Shown: in pieces, positions 1-10,395 of the stretch
Layout of the letters: each line of letters starts with the position of its first letter
How positions within the stretch are numbered: the first letter of the stretch is position 1
Source of the DNA: Nitrospirota bacterium
GTDB lineage: Bacteria; Nitrospirota; UBA9217
Direction: 5' to 3'
DNA length: 64,000 nucleotides
Assembly: GCA_963790205.1 (NCBI GenBank)
Contig: CAWBNQ010000001.1
Location: forward strand, 320,001 to 384,000
Program-made: the position numbers and the translations under genes
Notes under the pieces: model-generated
The model's database searches: none
What the model was told of the DNA's origin: nothing
The model's input: only the letters and a program-made list of their open reading frames with translations

Positions 1-2
1 TC

Positions 3-2570
3 AGCGACGTGGCGCACACGGCCGAGGACATGCTCGGCCAGTTCCGTTCGGGCTCCCTCCCCATCCGGAAAGACACGCTGAACTTTCTCTTCGACAGCGT
101 GGATGCAGCCAAGCTCATGGTTGACGGAGTAGCATCGGGAAAGTCCGAAGACGCCCTCGTCGTCGGCAGCATTACTCAATCGTACAAAGACATTATCGAA
201 AAAAATCGGTCAGCTCCGGCGGAGCTGTCGCCGTCGTCGCGGACCGCCGCTCCGACAGCAGAGAAAGCCGCGACTGCTTCGTCCCCACCGGCGGCGCCTT
301 CAGTATCGTCGCCGGTTTCGGCGCAGCCGGACGTCCCTCGGCACAAAGACGATCTTGACAGGGCATGGGAAGAGACCTTTGGCGTGGACGCGGAAGAACC
401 CATCCTCGTCGAGCCGCTGCCGGAGGAGCCCGGGATACGGGAAGCTCCCGAGCCCCCGGTAATAAGCACGGCTCCGGTCGCGGAAATGCCGCGCCATGAG
501 AATGCCGCTCCCCCTCCTTCGCCCCCTGCCGAAACGCCCGCACCGGCATTGCAGGCGGCCGGGGAACAGGCAGTGTTGTCTCCGGGGCCGGAGGGCCCAG
601 ACGCACCGACTGAGCCCGTCGAGGCTTCGCTGCAAGAGGAGCTCGAAGAGGCGAAGAAGGCCGGGGTCCATGAAAAAAGGAGTGTCGGCAGGCGCGCGAG
701 CGACACCGCCGATATCGAGAAGCAGTTTATCCGCGTCAATATCGAGCGGCTCGACAACCTCATGAACCTTGTCGGCGAGATGATCGTCAACAGGAACCGG
801 CTCGCCCGCCAGGTTGACTTCATTAAGACGCTCCGGGAAGAACTTGCTTTCAGCCAGAACCGCCTGCTTCACGAGATCAAGCAATTCGAGGAAAAATACG
901 AGTATACGCTGAACTACGGGGTGCCGGGTCCGCAGGTCGTCGAACCGTCGAACGACTTTATGGAGCTCGAGTTCGACCGGTACGACGACTTCAATCTCCT
1001 TTCGCGAAAACTCACGGAGATCACGAACGACACGAACGAGATCATGATGGAACTCGCGGGATTTTTCGACTCCTTCGAACTCGATACGGCCCGCATTGCG
1101 ACCATTACGACCAATCTCCAGGACGAGATCACCATGGCCCGCATGGTGGAGGTGGACCGGCTCTACCAGATGTTCCAGCGTCCGGTCCGCGATCTGTCCC
1201 AGGACGAGAACAAGCAGGTCAACATGGTGGTGTCCGGCGGCGAGACCAAAATCGACAAGACGATCTTCGAGATTATCTCCGACCCGCTCATGCACATGGT
1301 ACGAAACGCCATTTCCCACGGCATCGAGTCCGTGGACGAGCGCAGGCGGCTCGGCAAGGAGCCGGCGGGGTCGCTTATTCTGAAGGCCCGCCACGAAGGA
1401 AACAGCATCATCCTCGAAATAGAAGACGACGGCTGCGGCATGGACCCCGGGGTTCTCAGGAAGACCGCCGCGGACAAAGGATTTATGAGCTTTGCGGAGG
1501 CCCAAAATCTGAGCGACCTTGATGCCCTGAATTTGATCTTTCGCCCCGGCTTCTCAACGGCTAAAACCGTGGGCAAGGTTTCCGGCAGGGGCGTGGGCAT
1601 GGATGTGGTTTCCAACCACCTCGCGAAGATCAACGGCAGGATCGAGATCAAGACCGAAAAGGGCGTGGGCACCAAATTTCTCATCCGGCTCCCGCTTACG
1701 CTCGCCATCGCACAGGCGCTCATCGTGAAGTTCAGGGACCAGGAGCTGGCCGTGCCCATGAACCTCGTTGAGGAAACGACACGGTTCTCGTTCAAGGAGG
1801 TCCAGCGGGCGGCCGGCGAAGAGATGGTGAACCTGCGCGGCACGCTCATCAGGCTCCTCAGGCTGAACGAGCTGCTGGGGATGGGCAAGTTGCCGAGGAA
1901 AGAAGAGACGTTCCGCCATCCCACCCTGATCCTTGCCATGGCCGAAAAAAAGATCGCTCTTATGGTGGAGGACATTATCGGCCGGGAGGAAATCGTGGTG
2001 AAGTCCCTCGGCGATTACCTGAAGGGCGTCAAACTGTTTTCCGGAGCCACGATCTCGGGCGAAGGCAACGTGCGTCTCATTTTGAACGTTTCCTCGTTGT
2101 TCGGCGAAGAGGCCGCGGTGGCGACGAAGGCCACCTTTGCGGCAGTCAGGGAGGCGCCGCCGCCGGAGTCGGCGGTGCGACGGAAGCCGAGGGTTCTTGT
2201 TGTGGACGACTCCATCAGCATCAGGAAATATGTGCAGCGTTTCCTCGACCGTACGGGCTATGAAGTGGAAACGGCGCCGGACGGCATGGAGGCGCTCAAT
2301 ATCATGGGCAGGATCAAGTTTGACGCGGTGATTACCGACCTGGAAATGCCGGTCATGCACGGGTATGACCTGATTGCCGAAATGAAGCGGAACCCGGCAC
2401 TCATGAACATTCCCCTGATCGTGCTGACCTCGAGGGCCGGCGAGAAGCACCGGCAGAAGGCAATCGATATGGGCGCCCTGGACTACCTCGTAAAACCCTT
2501 TGAGGAACAGGAAATGCTCGGGGCGCTCAAAAAACTCCTGAGCGGAGTCGCTCTTGCGCATCGCCCATAA
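3..2570 (+). CDS. cheA: CheA-like hybrid chemosensory kinase (ChpA/PilL-type: end of Hpt, dimerisation, HATPase, CheW, REC); 5' end lies outside the window
   Basis: IRVNIERLDNLMNLVGEM, HMVRNAISHGIE, GFSTAKTVGKVSGRGVGMDVV, C-terminal REC (VLVVDDS...ITDLEMP); LEFDRY segment typical of pilus-class CheA; frame open from base 3. Confidence 0.93.
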   Translation, partial: SDVAHTAEDMLGQFRSGSLPIRKDTLNFLFDSVDAAKLMVDGVASGKSEDALVVGSITQSYKDIIEKNRSAPAELSPSSRTAAPTAEKAATASSPPAAPSVSSPVSAQPDVPRHKDDLDRAWEETFGVDAEEPILVEPLPEEPGIREAPEPPVISTAPVAEMPRHENAAPPPSPPAETPAPALQAAGEQAVLSPGPEGPDAPTEPVEASLQEELEEAKKAGVHEKRSVGRRASDTADIEKQFIRVNIERLDNLMNLVGEMIVNRNRLARQVDFIKTLREELAFSQNRLLHEIKQFEEKYEYTLNYGVPGPQVVEPSNDFMELEFDRYDDFNLLSRKLTEITNDTNEIMMELAGFFDSFELDTARIATITTNLQDEITMARMVEVDRLYQMFQRPVRDLSQDENKQVNMVVSGGETKIDKTIFEIISDPLMHMVRNAISHGIESVDERRRLGKEPAGSLILKARHEGNSIILEIEDDGCGMDPGVLRKTAADKGFMSFAEAQNLSDLDALNLIFRPGFSTAKTVGKVSGRGVGMDVVSNHLAKINGRIEIKTEKGVGTKFLIRLPLTLAIAQALIVKFRDQELAVPMNLVEETTRFSFKEVQRAAGEEMVNLRGTLIRLLRLNELLGMGKLPRKEETFRHPTLILAMAEKKIALMVEDIIGREEIVVKSLGDYLKGVKLFSGATISGEGNVRLILNVSSLFGEEAAVATKATFAAVREAPPPESAVRRKPRVLVVDDSISIRKYVQRFLDRTGYEVETAPDGMEALNIMGRIKFDAVITDLEMPVMHGYDLIAEMKRNPALMNIPLIVLTSRAGEKHRQKAIDMGALDYLVKPFEEQEMLGALKKLLSGVALAHRP

Positions 2571-2583
2571 TCTCGCTACCATT

Positions 2584-2994
2584 ATGAATGAAGGCACACG
2601 ATTTCTTATCGTATCACTCGGGGGCGAGAGCTATGCCATGCCGATCACGCGGCTGCTGGAGATCGCCGTGCCGCAGGCCATCAGGAAGGACGCAAACCTG
2701 ACGGAGGTGTTCGAAGGAAAGTTTGAATTCCGGGGCAAGTGGATCCCGGTATTGAATATCAAAAAAATTTTCCGGATCCCGGGCAAGCCGGGTACGTCGC
2801 TCCTGGTGGTCAAGAGCGCGAAAGGCGTTCTGGGGATGCTGGTCGACGCGGTCATGGAGATCATCGACACGGCGCAGAAGCCCGTTCCCGTGCCCAAGGG
2901 CGTCATGAACCCGACGCTGCGGTATTTCGACGGCATCTTACGGTACCGGGACGATTTGATCCTGCTTTTGAACGAGGACGGATTGCTGCCATGA
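2584..2994 (+). CDS. cheW: CheW adaptor
   Basis: GKFEFRGKWIPVLNI and GMLVDAVMEI motifs; directly after cheA. Confidence 0.85.
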   Translation: MNEGTRFLIVSLGGESYAMPITRLLEIAVPQAIRKDANLTEVFEGKFEFRGKWIPVLNIKKIFRIPGKPGTSLLVVKSAKGVLGMLVDAVMEIIDTAQKPVPVPKGVMNPTLRYFDGILRYRDDLILLLNEDGLLP

Positions 2995-3440
2995 AGAGCA
3001 GCTATCTGCTGTTTTTGCTTGGCGAACGGCTGTTCGGCGTAAAGCTCGTGGGCGCGATCGAGATCCTGCCCTGGCGTCCGTCCCGCAGGGTGCCGTTGTC
3101 CTATTCTTACGTCGAAGGACTGCTGGACTACCGGGGGACCGTGTATCCGGTGCATAACCTGGCGCAGCGGTTGGGCCTGGGCAAGCCGGGGCCGATCGGA
3201 TTCATTGCAGGCCGGAATGAGCCCGTAACGAATGGACAGAGCATCATCCTGCTTGAAGAAAACAGCGTGCCCTTCGGCATCGTGGTGGACAGCGTCATGC
3301 GGATGATGAGCCTCGAAGAGCCTGCCGTTGCTCCGGAAAAGGCGCCGGGCGTTGATCCGAAGTATGTCAAGGGGTTCTCGTACGAAGGGGACCAGGAAAT
3401 CGTGATACTCGACTTTGAAAGGTTGCTCCATGCCGATTAA
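2991..3440 (+). CDS. cheW: CheW adaptor
   Basis: VEGLLDYRGTVYPV and FGIVVDSV; ATG overlaps upstream stop (ATGA). Confidence 0.85.
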   Translation: MKSSYLLFLLGERLFGVKLVGAIEILPWRPSRRVPLSYSYVEGLLDYRGTVYPVHNLAQRLGLGKPGPIGFIAGRNEPVTNGQSIILLEENSVPFGIVVDSVMRMMSLEEPAVAPEKAPGVDPKYVKGFSYEGDQEIVILDFERLLHAD

Positions 3441-4572
3441 GATTTTATTAGCGGACAAAAGCATCACCATCCAGAAGGTGGTGGAGATGCTGTTTTCAGG
3501 GAAAGAATACGAGGTCCTCTGCGTGAGCGACGGAGAAACGGCGCTCAGCGAGGCGCAGCGGATCATGCCCGACGTGGTGCTTGCGGACATCGATCTGCCG
3601 CGCATGGACGGATACCGCTTTGCCGCACGGCTCAAACAGGAAGCCGCGCTTGCCCGGACGCCGGTGATTCTCATGATGAGCAGAGACGATGTCTTCGACG
3701 CGAACAAGGCGGGCCAGGCGTCGGTCGTCGACCATATTGCGAAGCCCTTTGAGTCCCAGGAACTCATCGGCAAGGTGAGGAAAGCGGTCTCCGCGGCTTC
3801 GCCGCCGCCTGCCGAACCGGCTGCTGCGGCGCGCCCCTCCGCTGCACAGCCGCAAAAACCGCCGGTAGCGCCGCCTGCTTCCGTTGTTTCAACAAAACCG
3901 GCTGCCGGGCCCAAGGAGGCGCCGCCCGCGGACATCTTCGATATTATCCAGGAGGCGCCCACGCATGCTGACCTTAAACGGACTGCTACTCCGCCGCCCC
4001 CGGAGGAGGAAGGCGTCTACGAGGTTGAGCCCGTGGTCGAGGTCGAGGAACCGCTGGCCCGTGAATCGGCGCGCGCCCTGCCCGTAGGCGAAAAAGCCAT
4101 GGAAGAGATGCGGGCCGGGCTGGGGCTGGGCGGGAAGGCCGGGCAGGCGCAACCGGAGATCGTGAACTTCGAGTCCCTCGACATGGCGACGGCCGCGGCC
4201 GGCGAATACCAGCCGCAGCAGACGCCGCCGCGACGTTTCGCCCCGGACTCGTTCGCGCCGCGCGAATATGTCCCGCCGCCTCCCGAGCCCGCGACCGCGG
4301 CGCCGGCGGCTTCGATGTCTGATGAGAGACTGCGAAGCATCGCTGAAGAGACCACCTCGCGGGTGGCGCGTGAGTATTTTACAAGCGCATCGCCGGACCG
4401 ACTGCCCACGGTGTCCGAGGAGATGGTTCGCCGGGGAATAGAAGAAGCGGCCTCGAAGATCGTACGCGAGCTAGCGCGCGAAGTGATCGAAAAAGTGGCC
4501 TGGGAAGTGATCCCCGACCTTGCCGAGATGCTGATAAAGGCCGAGATCGAACGGCTTAAAGTCGAGACATAG
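3430..4572 (+). CDS. romR: RomR-like polarity response regulator (REC, Pro-rich linker, conserved C-terminal helix)
   Basis: N-terminal REC, long Pro/Ala/Glu linker, C-terminal REVIEKVAWEVIPDLAEMLIKAEIERL; lies between cheW and valS. Confidence 0.78.
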   Translation: MPIKILLADKSITIQKVVEMLFSGKEYEVLCVSDGETALSEAQRIMPDVVLADIDLPRMDGYRFAARLKQEAALARTPVILMMSRDDVFDANKAGQASVVDHIAKPFESQELIGKVRKAVSAASPPPAEPAAAARPSAAQPQKPPVAPPASVVSTKPAAGPKEAPPADIFDIIQEAPTHADLKRTATPPPPEEEGVYEVEPVVEVEEPLARESARALPVGEKAMEEMRAGLGLGGKAGQAQPEIVNFESLDMATAAAGEYQPQQTPPRRFAPDSFAPREYVPPPPEPATAAPAASMSDERLRSIAEETTSRVAREYFTSASPDRLPTVSEEMVRRGIEEAASKIVRELAREVIEKVAWEVIPDLAEMLIKAEIERLKVET

Positions 4573-4589
4573 AAGATAAAGCTCACGAT

Positions 4590-4707
4590 CCAAGCTCCAA
4601 ATCCCAAATAAGCTCCAAAACGCCAAACATCAAATTTCAAACGTTTTGAATTTGGTTCTTGGATATTGGAATTTATTTGGGATTTGTAATTTGAGGTTTG
4701 TGATTTT
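4590..4707. repeat. Palindromic element built of ~7-nt units
   Basis: Perfect 14-bp inverted repeat CAAATCCCAAATAA (4598-4611) / TTATTTGGGATTTG (4673-4686); same 14-mers recur at 19049 and 19180. Confidence 0.85.
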
Positions 4708-4771
4708 AGTCAGGGGACAAGTTCCCCTCTTTTTATTCCTGTTGAGATCGAAACGAAGGAGAATACCGGGG

Positions 4772-7483
4772 ATGTCTTCACGAGAACTGCCCAAAGCCTA
4801 TGAGCCGAAATCCGTCGAAGAGCGGTGGTACGCCTTCTGGCTGGAAAAAAAATATTTCCACGCCGACGAGAACGCCGGCGGCACGCCGTACTGCATCGTT
4901 ATTCCGCCCCCGAATGTCACCGGCCAGCTTCACGTCGGCCATGCCTTTGACAACACCCTCCAGGACATTCTTATCCGGTGGATGCGCATGTCGGGAAGGA
5001 ACACGCTCTGGATGCCCGGAACGGACCACGCGGGCATTGCCACGCAGAACGTGGTCGAGCGCCAGCTTGCGAAGGAAAACATCGACCGCCATAGCCTCGG
5101 AAGGGAAAAGTTCATTGACGAGGTCTGGAAGTGGAAAAAAGAGTACGGCGGCAGGATCATCAGCCAGCTCAAGCGCCTGGGCGCGTCCTGCGACTGGGAG
5201 CGCGAGCGCTTCACCATGGACGAGGGCCTGTCGCGCGCCGTGCGCGAGGTCTTCGTGCGGCTTTATGAAGAGGGGCTCATCTATCGCGGCGAGCGGCTCA
5301 TCAACTGGTGTCCGCGCTGCCATACGGCGCTCTCGGACATCGAGGTGGAACACGAGGACGAAAAGGGCAAGCTCTACCATATCGCCTATCCCTTGAGCCA
5401 CGACCACACCATCCGCCTCACCGTGGCAACGACGCGTCCTGAGACCATGCTGGGCGACACGGCCGTTGCCGTGCACCCGCTCGATCCGCGGTATAAGGAC
5501 CTGATCGGCAAGACCGTCGATCTTCCGCTCACGAACAGGAAGATCCCGATCATCGGCGACTCGATCCTCGTTGACCTCGAGTTCGGCACCGGCGCGGTCA
5601 AGGTGACCCCCGCGCACGATTTCAACGATTATGAGGCGGGCCAGCGCCAGAAGCCGGAACTCCCGCGCATCAAGATGCTCGACGACAAGGCCCAGGTCCT
5701 TTCCGACATCCCGGACGCGCTCCCCGACGTGCTCAGGCAGATCGCGGGAAAGCCGGCCAAGAAAGCGCGCGGCATGGTGGTCGAACTGCTCCAGGAGCGG
5801 GGCTACCTCGTCAAGGCCGAAGACCACGCCCACTCTATCGGCAAGTGCTACCGGTGCAAGTCCGTGGTCGAACCCTATCTCTCGCCGCAGTGGTTCGTGA
5901 AGACCGGCCCGCTTGCCGAACCGGCGATCAAGGCCGTTGAAGACGGGCGCATCCGGTTTTTCCCCAAAGGCTGGGAGAACACCTATTTCGACTGGATGCG
6001 AAACATCAAGGACTGGTGCATCTCCCGCCAGATCTGGTGGGGCCACCGCATCCCGGCGTGGTACTGCGACGAGTGCGGCACGATCACCGTGAGCCGGACC
6101 GACGCGACGGCCTGCTCGAAATGCGGGAGCGGCAACCTCCGGCGGGAAACGGACGTGCTCGACACGTGGTTCTCCTCGGCGCTCTGGCCCTTTTCCACGC
6201 TCGGCTGGCCCGACAGGACCAAGGAGCTTGGCTTCTATTATCCGACGTCCGTCCTCGTCACGGGCCTCGACATCATATTTTTCTGGGTCGCCCGGATGAT
6301 CATGATGGGGCTCCACTTCATGGACGAGGTCCCCTTCAGGCACGTGTATATCCACGCGCTCATCCGGGACGCCGAGGGGCAGAAGATGAGCAAGTCCAAG
6401 GGCAACGTCATCGACCCGCTTATCATGCTCGAACAGTACGGCACCGACGCGTTCCGGTTCACGCTAGCGGCCTTTGCCGCCCAGGGCCGGGACATCAAAA
6501 TGTCCACGGAGCGCATCGAAGGCTATCGGAACTTCGCGAACAAGATCTGGAACGCGAGCCGGTTCGTGATGATGAACCTGGAAGAGGATTTTTCTCCAAG
6601 CGCCGGGCTCCTGACCCCGGACTCATCGCTTTCCGACCAATGGATACTCTCGCGCCTGAATTCGGTCTGCAAAGAGGTCCAGGCCGCGCTCACGGACTAC
6701 CGGTTCAACGACGCGGCATCGGCGCTTTATCAATTCATCTGGCACGAGTACTGCGACTGGTACCTGGAGCTCTCCAAGCCGGCGCTGATGGGCGACGTTG
6801 GCGCAGCATCCCGCAAAGCGACGCAAACAGTGCTCGTCCATGTGCTGGAAACAGCGCTCCGGCTTCTGCATCCGCTCATGCCGTTCATCACGGAGGAGAT
6901 ATGGCAGACGCTGCCCCAGGAAGTCAGAAGTCAGAAGTCAGAAGTCAGAAAAGAGTCAATAATGGTGTCGGCGTATCCTGTCGCGGATGAGAAGATGATC
7001 AATGCCGAGATCGAACAGGACATGCAGATGGTCATGGACCTGATCATGGCGATACGGAACATCCGCGGTGAGATGAACATCGCTCCGTCCATGCAGATAC
7101 GCGCCATCGTAAAGGTTGAGAATGCAATACTCGGTGAGCATCTTGAAAAAAGCGCCGGCTATGTCAAGACTCTCGCGCGCCTGAGCGAGCTGCGCATCGG
7201 CGTGTCCGAAGCCAAGCCGAAAGCGGTTGCCACCGGCGTTGTCAAGGGCGCGGAGGTTTATGTGCCGCTTGAGGGCATCATCGATCTCACGCAGGAGCGC
7301 GACCGGCTTATGAAGGAGATCGCGAAGGTCGCCAAGGACATCGAAGTGTTCTCGAAAAAGCTTTCGAACAAGAACTTCGTGGACAAGGCGCCGAAAGAAG
7401 TTGTGGAAAAGGACACAGCGAAGCTTGAGGAGTTCAAAGTAAAACGGGAGAAGCTCGAGCAGAGCCTGAAGGTGCTGGGATAG
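4772..7483 (+). CDS. valS: Valine--tRNA ligase
   Basis: PPPNVTGQLHVGHA (HIGH), KMSKS, DWCISRQIWWGHRIP, C-terminal coiled coil; start at MSSRELPK after AAGGAG. Confidence 0.98.
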   Translation: MSSRELPKAYEPKSVEERWYAFWLEKKYFHADENAGGTPYCIVIPPPNVTGQLHVGHAFDNTLQDILIRWMRMSGRNTLWMPGTDHAGIATQNVVERQLAKENIDRHSLGREKFIDEVWKWKKEYGGRIISQLKRLGASCDWERERFTMDEGLSRAVREVFVRLYEEGLIYRGERLINWCPRCHTALSDIEVEHEDEKGKLYHIAYPLSHDHTIRLTVATTRPETMLGDTAVAVHPLDPRYKDLIGKTVDLPLTNRKIPIIGDSILVDLEFGTGAVKVTPAHDFNDYEAGQRQKPELPRIKMLDDKAQVLSDIPDALPDVLRQIAGKPAKKARGMVVELLQERGYLVKAEDHAHSIGKCYRCKSVVEPYLSPQWFVKTGPLAEPAIKAVEDGRIRFFPKGWENTYFDWMRNIKDWCISRQIWWGHRIPAWYCDECGTITVSRTDATACSKCGSGNLRRETDVLDTWFSSALWPFSTLGWPDRTKELGFYYPTSVLVTGLDIIFFWVARMIMMGLHFMDEVPFRHVYIHALIRDAEGQKMSKSKGNVIDPLIMLEQYGTDAFRFTLAAFAAQGRDIKMSTERIEGYRNFANKIWNASRFVMMNLEEDFSPSAGLLTPDSSLSDQWILSRLNSVCKEVQAALTDYRFNDAASALYQFIWHEYCDWYLELSKPALMGDVGAASRKATQTVLVHVLETALRLLHPLMPFITEEIWQTLPQEVRSQKSEVRKESIMVSAYPVADEKMINAEIEQDMQMVMDLIMAIRNIRGEMNIAPSMQIRAIVKVENAILGEHLEKSAGYVKTLARLSELRIGVSEAKPKAVATGVVKGAEVYVPLEGIIDLTQERDRLMKEIAKVAKDIEVFSKKLSNKNFVDKAPKEVVEKDTAKLEEFKVKREKLEQSLKVLG

Positions 7484-7501
7484 CGGCTCCGTCCGGGAAT
7501 T

Positions 7502-8323
7502 ATGGAACAGATAAAAAAACTTATCGAGCACGCTCTTGCCGAGGATATCGGGTCAGGGGACATAACCACGGAGGCGATCATTCCCGAGACCTCTACCTCC
7601 TCGGCAGTCATGCTCGCAAAACAGGAGCTGGTGCTCGCGGGGCTCGATGTCAGCCGCGAGGTGTTTCTCCACCTCGACCCCGGCATTCAATTTACGGCCT
7701 ATGCAAAGGACGGCGAGAGGATGCACGCCGGCACGGAAATAGCCCGCCTGTCGGGAAACACGAGGGCCTTGCTCACGGGCGAGCGCGTGGCGCTGAACCT
7801 GCTCCAGCATATGTCGGGCATCGCGACGCTGACGGCCAAATACGTCGAGAAGGTTTCGGGCACGAAAGCCAAGATCCTCGATACGCGAAAGACGCTCCCC
7901 GGCTTGAGGCAGCTCGAGAAATATGCCGTGCGAATGGGCGGCGGGAAGAACCACCGCATGGGTCTGTATGATATGGTGCTGATCAAGGACAATCATATCA
8001 AGGCAGCGGGCGGCATCGCACAAGCGATTGAGGCGGCAAGAAGAAAGTCCGGTCAGTTCAAGATCGAAGTGGAGACCAAAAACCTTGAAGAAGTGCGTGA
8101 GGCCCTGGCCGCGAAAGTGGACATCATCATGCTCGACAACATGCCGATAGATACCATGCGCGAGGCGGTGAAGCTGATCAACAGCCGTGCGTTGGTCGAG
8201 GCGTCGGGCAATGTGACGCTCGACACCGCATGGCATATTGCGGAAACCGGGGTCGATTTCATTTCCTCGGGGAGCCTGACGCATTCCGCCCCGGCCGCGG
8301 ACATCAGTATGAAGATAAAGTGA
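7502..8323 (+). CDS. nadC: Quinolinate phosphoribosyltransferase
   Basis: EDIGSGDITT, DTRKTLPGLR, LIKDNHI, IMLDNM. Confidence 0.97.
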   Translation: MEQIKKLIEHALAEDIGSGDITTEAIIPETSTSSAVMLAKQELVLAGLDVSREVFLHLDPGIQFTAYAKDGERMHAGTEIARLSGNTRALLTGERVALNLLQHMSGIATLTAKYVEKVSGTKAKILDTRKTLPGLRQLEKYAVRMGGGKNHRMGLYDMVLIKDNHIKAAGGIAQAIEAARRKSGQFKIEVETKNLEEVREALAAKVDIIMLDNMPIDTMREAVKLINSRALVEASGNVTLDTAWHIAETGVDFISSGSLTHSAPAADISMKIK

Positions 8324-8420
8324 CAGGGGGCGGGGTTCAGGGTCAAGGGTTCGGGAACCGCAGGGATTCCGGGTTCTTCTCCGGACCCCCGTACCCCGGC
8401 CCCTGCACCCTGAATTACTT

Positions 8421-9398
8421 ATGTTTATGTACAAAGACAAGATACTGAACCTTCTGCGGCAATCCCGCTCCGGCTTTCTGTCCGGAGAAGAGCTGGCGAT
8501 GAAGCTCGGCATCTCGCGTACCATGGTATGGAAGCACATCAAAGCGCTGGAAGGCGAGGGGTTCGGGATCGAGGCAGTGCCGTCCCAGGGATACCGGATC
8601 ACCTCGGTGCCGGACCTTCTTCGGCAGGACGACATCAAGCGGGGGCTCAAGACACGGTCCATGGGCAAGGAAATTCACCTCTACGCCGAAGTCGTGTCCA
8701 CCAACATCCTGGCCATGGAGATGGCATCGAAAGGCGCTCCTGAAGGCACGGTGCTGATCGCCGAAACGCAGACGGGTGGGAAGGGCAGACTGGGAAGAAA
8801 ATGGATATCCCCAAAGGGTAATCTCTACTTCAGCGTGGTCCTGCGGCCGGACCTCCCGACGCACAAAGCACCGCTCCTTACGCTGATGGCGGCCGTGGCC
8901 GTGGCCTCGGCCATCAGAAAAACGTGCGGTGCGCAGGCCGTCATCAAGTGGCCGAATGATATTCTGGTATCCGGCAAAAAGGTCAGCGGCCTACTGACCG
9001 AAATGAGCGCCGAACCCGACCGGATCAGACACATCGCGCTCGGTATCGGCGTGGATGTGAACATGCCGCTCGGCGAGCTGCCTCCCGAGGTCCGCGAAGG
9101 CGCGACGACCCTTGCTGCGGAAGCAGGAAAGAAAATCGACCGGACGATGCTCCTTCAGCAGATCCTTCGTGAGCTTGACAGCAGATATCGGGTTTTGCTG
9201 CAGGACGAGGCCGAGGTATTAAGGGAGTGGGAAGAACTCAACGTGACCATCGGGAGAAGGGTATCGGTAAGCGGCCCGAGGGAAGCGCTGGAAGGCCTGG
9301 CGCAGGGGATTGATCGCGAAGGGAGACTTATCGTCAAGCTCGATGACGGCAGTCTTCGACAGGTCGCAGCGGGAGATGTGACGATCCTGAAAAAATAG
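8421..9398 (+). CDS. birA: Bifunctional biotin ligase/repressor
   Basis: N-terminal HTH (SGEELAMKLGISRTMVWKHI), QTGGKGRLGRKW, KWPND. Confidence 0.96.
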   Translation: MFMYKDKILNLLRQSRSGFLSGEELAMKLGISRTMVWKHIKALEGEGFGIEAVPSQGYRITSVPDLLRQDDIKRGLKTRSMGKEIHLYAEVVSTNILAMEMASKGAPEGTVLIAETQTGGKGRLGRKWISPKGNLYFSVVLRPDLPTHKAPLLTLMAAVAVASAIRKTCGAQAVIKWPNDILVSGKKVSGLLTEMSAEPDRIRHIALGIGVDVNMPLGELPPEVREGATTLAAEAGKKIDRTMLLQQILRELDSRYRVLLQDEAEVLREWEELNVTIGRRVSVSGPREALEGLAQGIDREGRLIVKLDDGSLRQVAAGDVTILKK

Positions 9399-9487
9399 TC
9401 GAGGGATAACCGCCGGCCGTCACCAGTCGGCAGTCATGACCCTTGACTGAAGACTTTCGACTGACGACCGAACACTTTGGAGGAACA

Positions 9488-10252
9488 ATGCTCTTAGCAA
9501 TCGACATCGGCAATACGAACGTGGTCCTCGGCGTGTTCGACCAGGAGAAGCTCGTCGAGAACTGGCGCGTGGGCACCAACACCCAGATCACGCCCGATGA
9601 GTACGCGATGATCTTCAAGGACCTGTTCGGCTTTGCGGGGCTCGAGTTCAAGCAGATCACAGGCGTCATCATCTCCACGGTCGTGCCGCCGCTCCTGCCG
9701 GTGATGATCGAGATGTCCAGGAAATATTTTCATCTCGAGCCCATGGTCGTGACGCACGAGCTCAAGACGGGCATCACCATGCGGTACGATAATCCGAAGG
9801 AGGTGGGCGCGGACCGGATCGTGAACGCCGCGGCCGCCTACAAGCTTTACGGCGGCCCGATCATCATTGTGGACTTCGGCACGGCCACGACGTTCTGCGC
9901 TGTCACGAAAAACGGCGAATACCTGGGGGGGGCCATCACGCCGGGCGTGAAAATATCGGCCGAGGCCCTGTTTCAGCGCGCATCGAAGCTGCCGCGGGTC
10001 GAGCTGGCGAAGCCTGCAAAGGTCATCGGCGCCGATACGATCAGCGCCATGCAGTCCGGGATCATCTATGGTTATGCCGGGCTGGTGGACGGTATCGTGG
10101 AGCGGATGAAGAAGGAGCTTTCGATGGAGGCCAAGGTGGTGGCAACAGGCGGCCTGGCGGACCTGGTCTCGCCGGAGACGAAAACGATCCAGGAAATAAG
10201 ACCACATCTGACCCTCGAAGGGCTGCGTCTTTTGTACGAGATAAACCGTTGA
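9488..10252 (+). CDS. coaX: Type III pantothenate kinase
   Basis: LLAIDIGNTN, GADR, VDFGTATT, ATGG; GGAGG before ATG. Confidence 0.96.
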   Translation: MLLAIDIGNTNVVLGVFDQEKLVENWRVGTNTQITPDEYAMIFKDLFGFAGLEFKQITGVIISTVVPPLLPVMIEMSRKYFHLEPMVVTHELKTGITMRYDNPKEVGADRIVNAAAAYKLYGGPIIIVDFGTATTFCAVTKNGEYLGGAITPGVKISAEALFQRASKLPRVELAKPAKVIGADTISAMQSGIIYGYAGLVDGIVERMKKELSMEAKVVATGGLADLVSPETKTIQEIRPHLTLEGLRLLYEINR

Positions 10253-10395
10253 AATATCAGACGGCTGTTCAATGCGTTCTCAAAGCTCTCTTGCTCCCTT
10301 CCCGAGAAAAATGGTATGCCTTGTTGGCACCCCACCTTGACGATTCACCTGTTTTATGATATTTTTGCTTTACTGAGTCTTTTTGGGGAGAGCGG

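Noticed and set aside
10310..10345. Sigma54 promoter before the response regulator
   Set aside because: TGGCAC is present but the -12 TTGC is not at the required spacing
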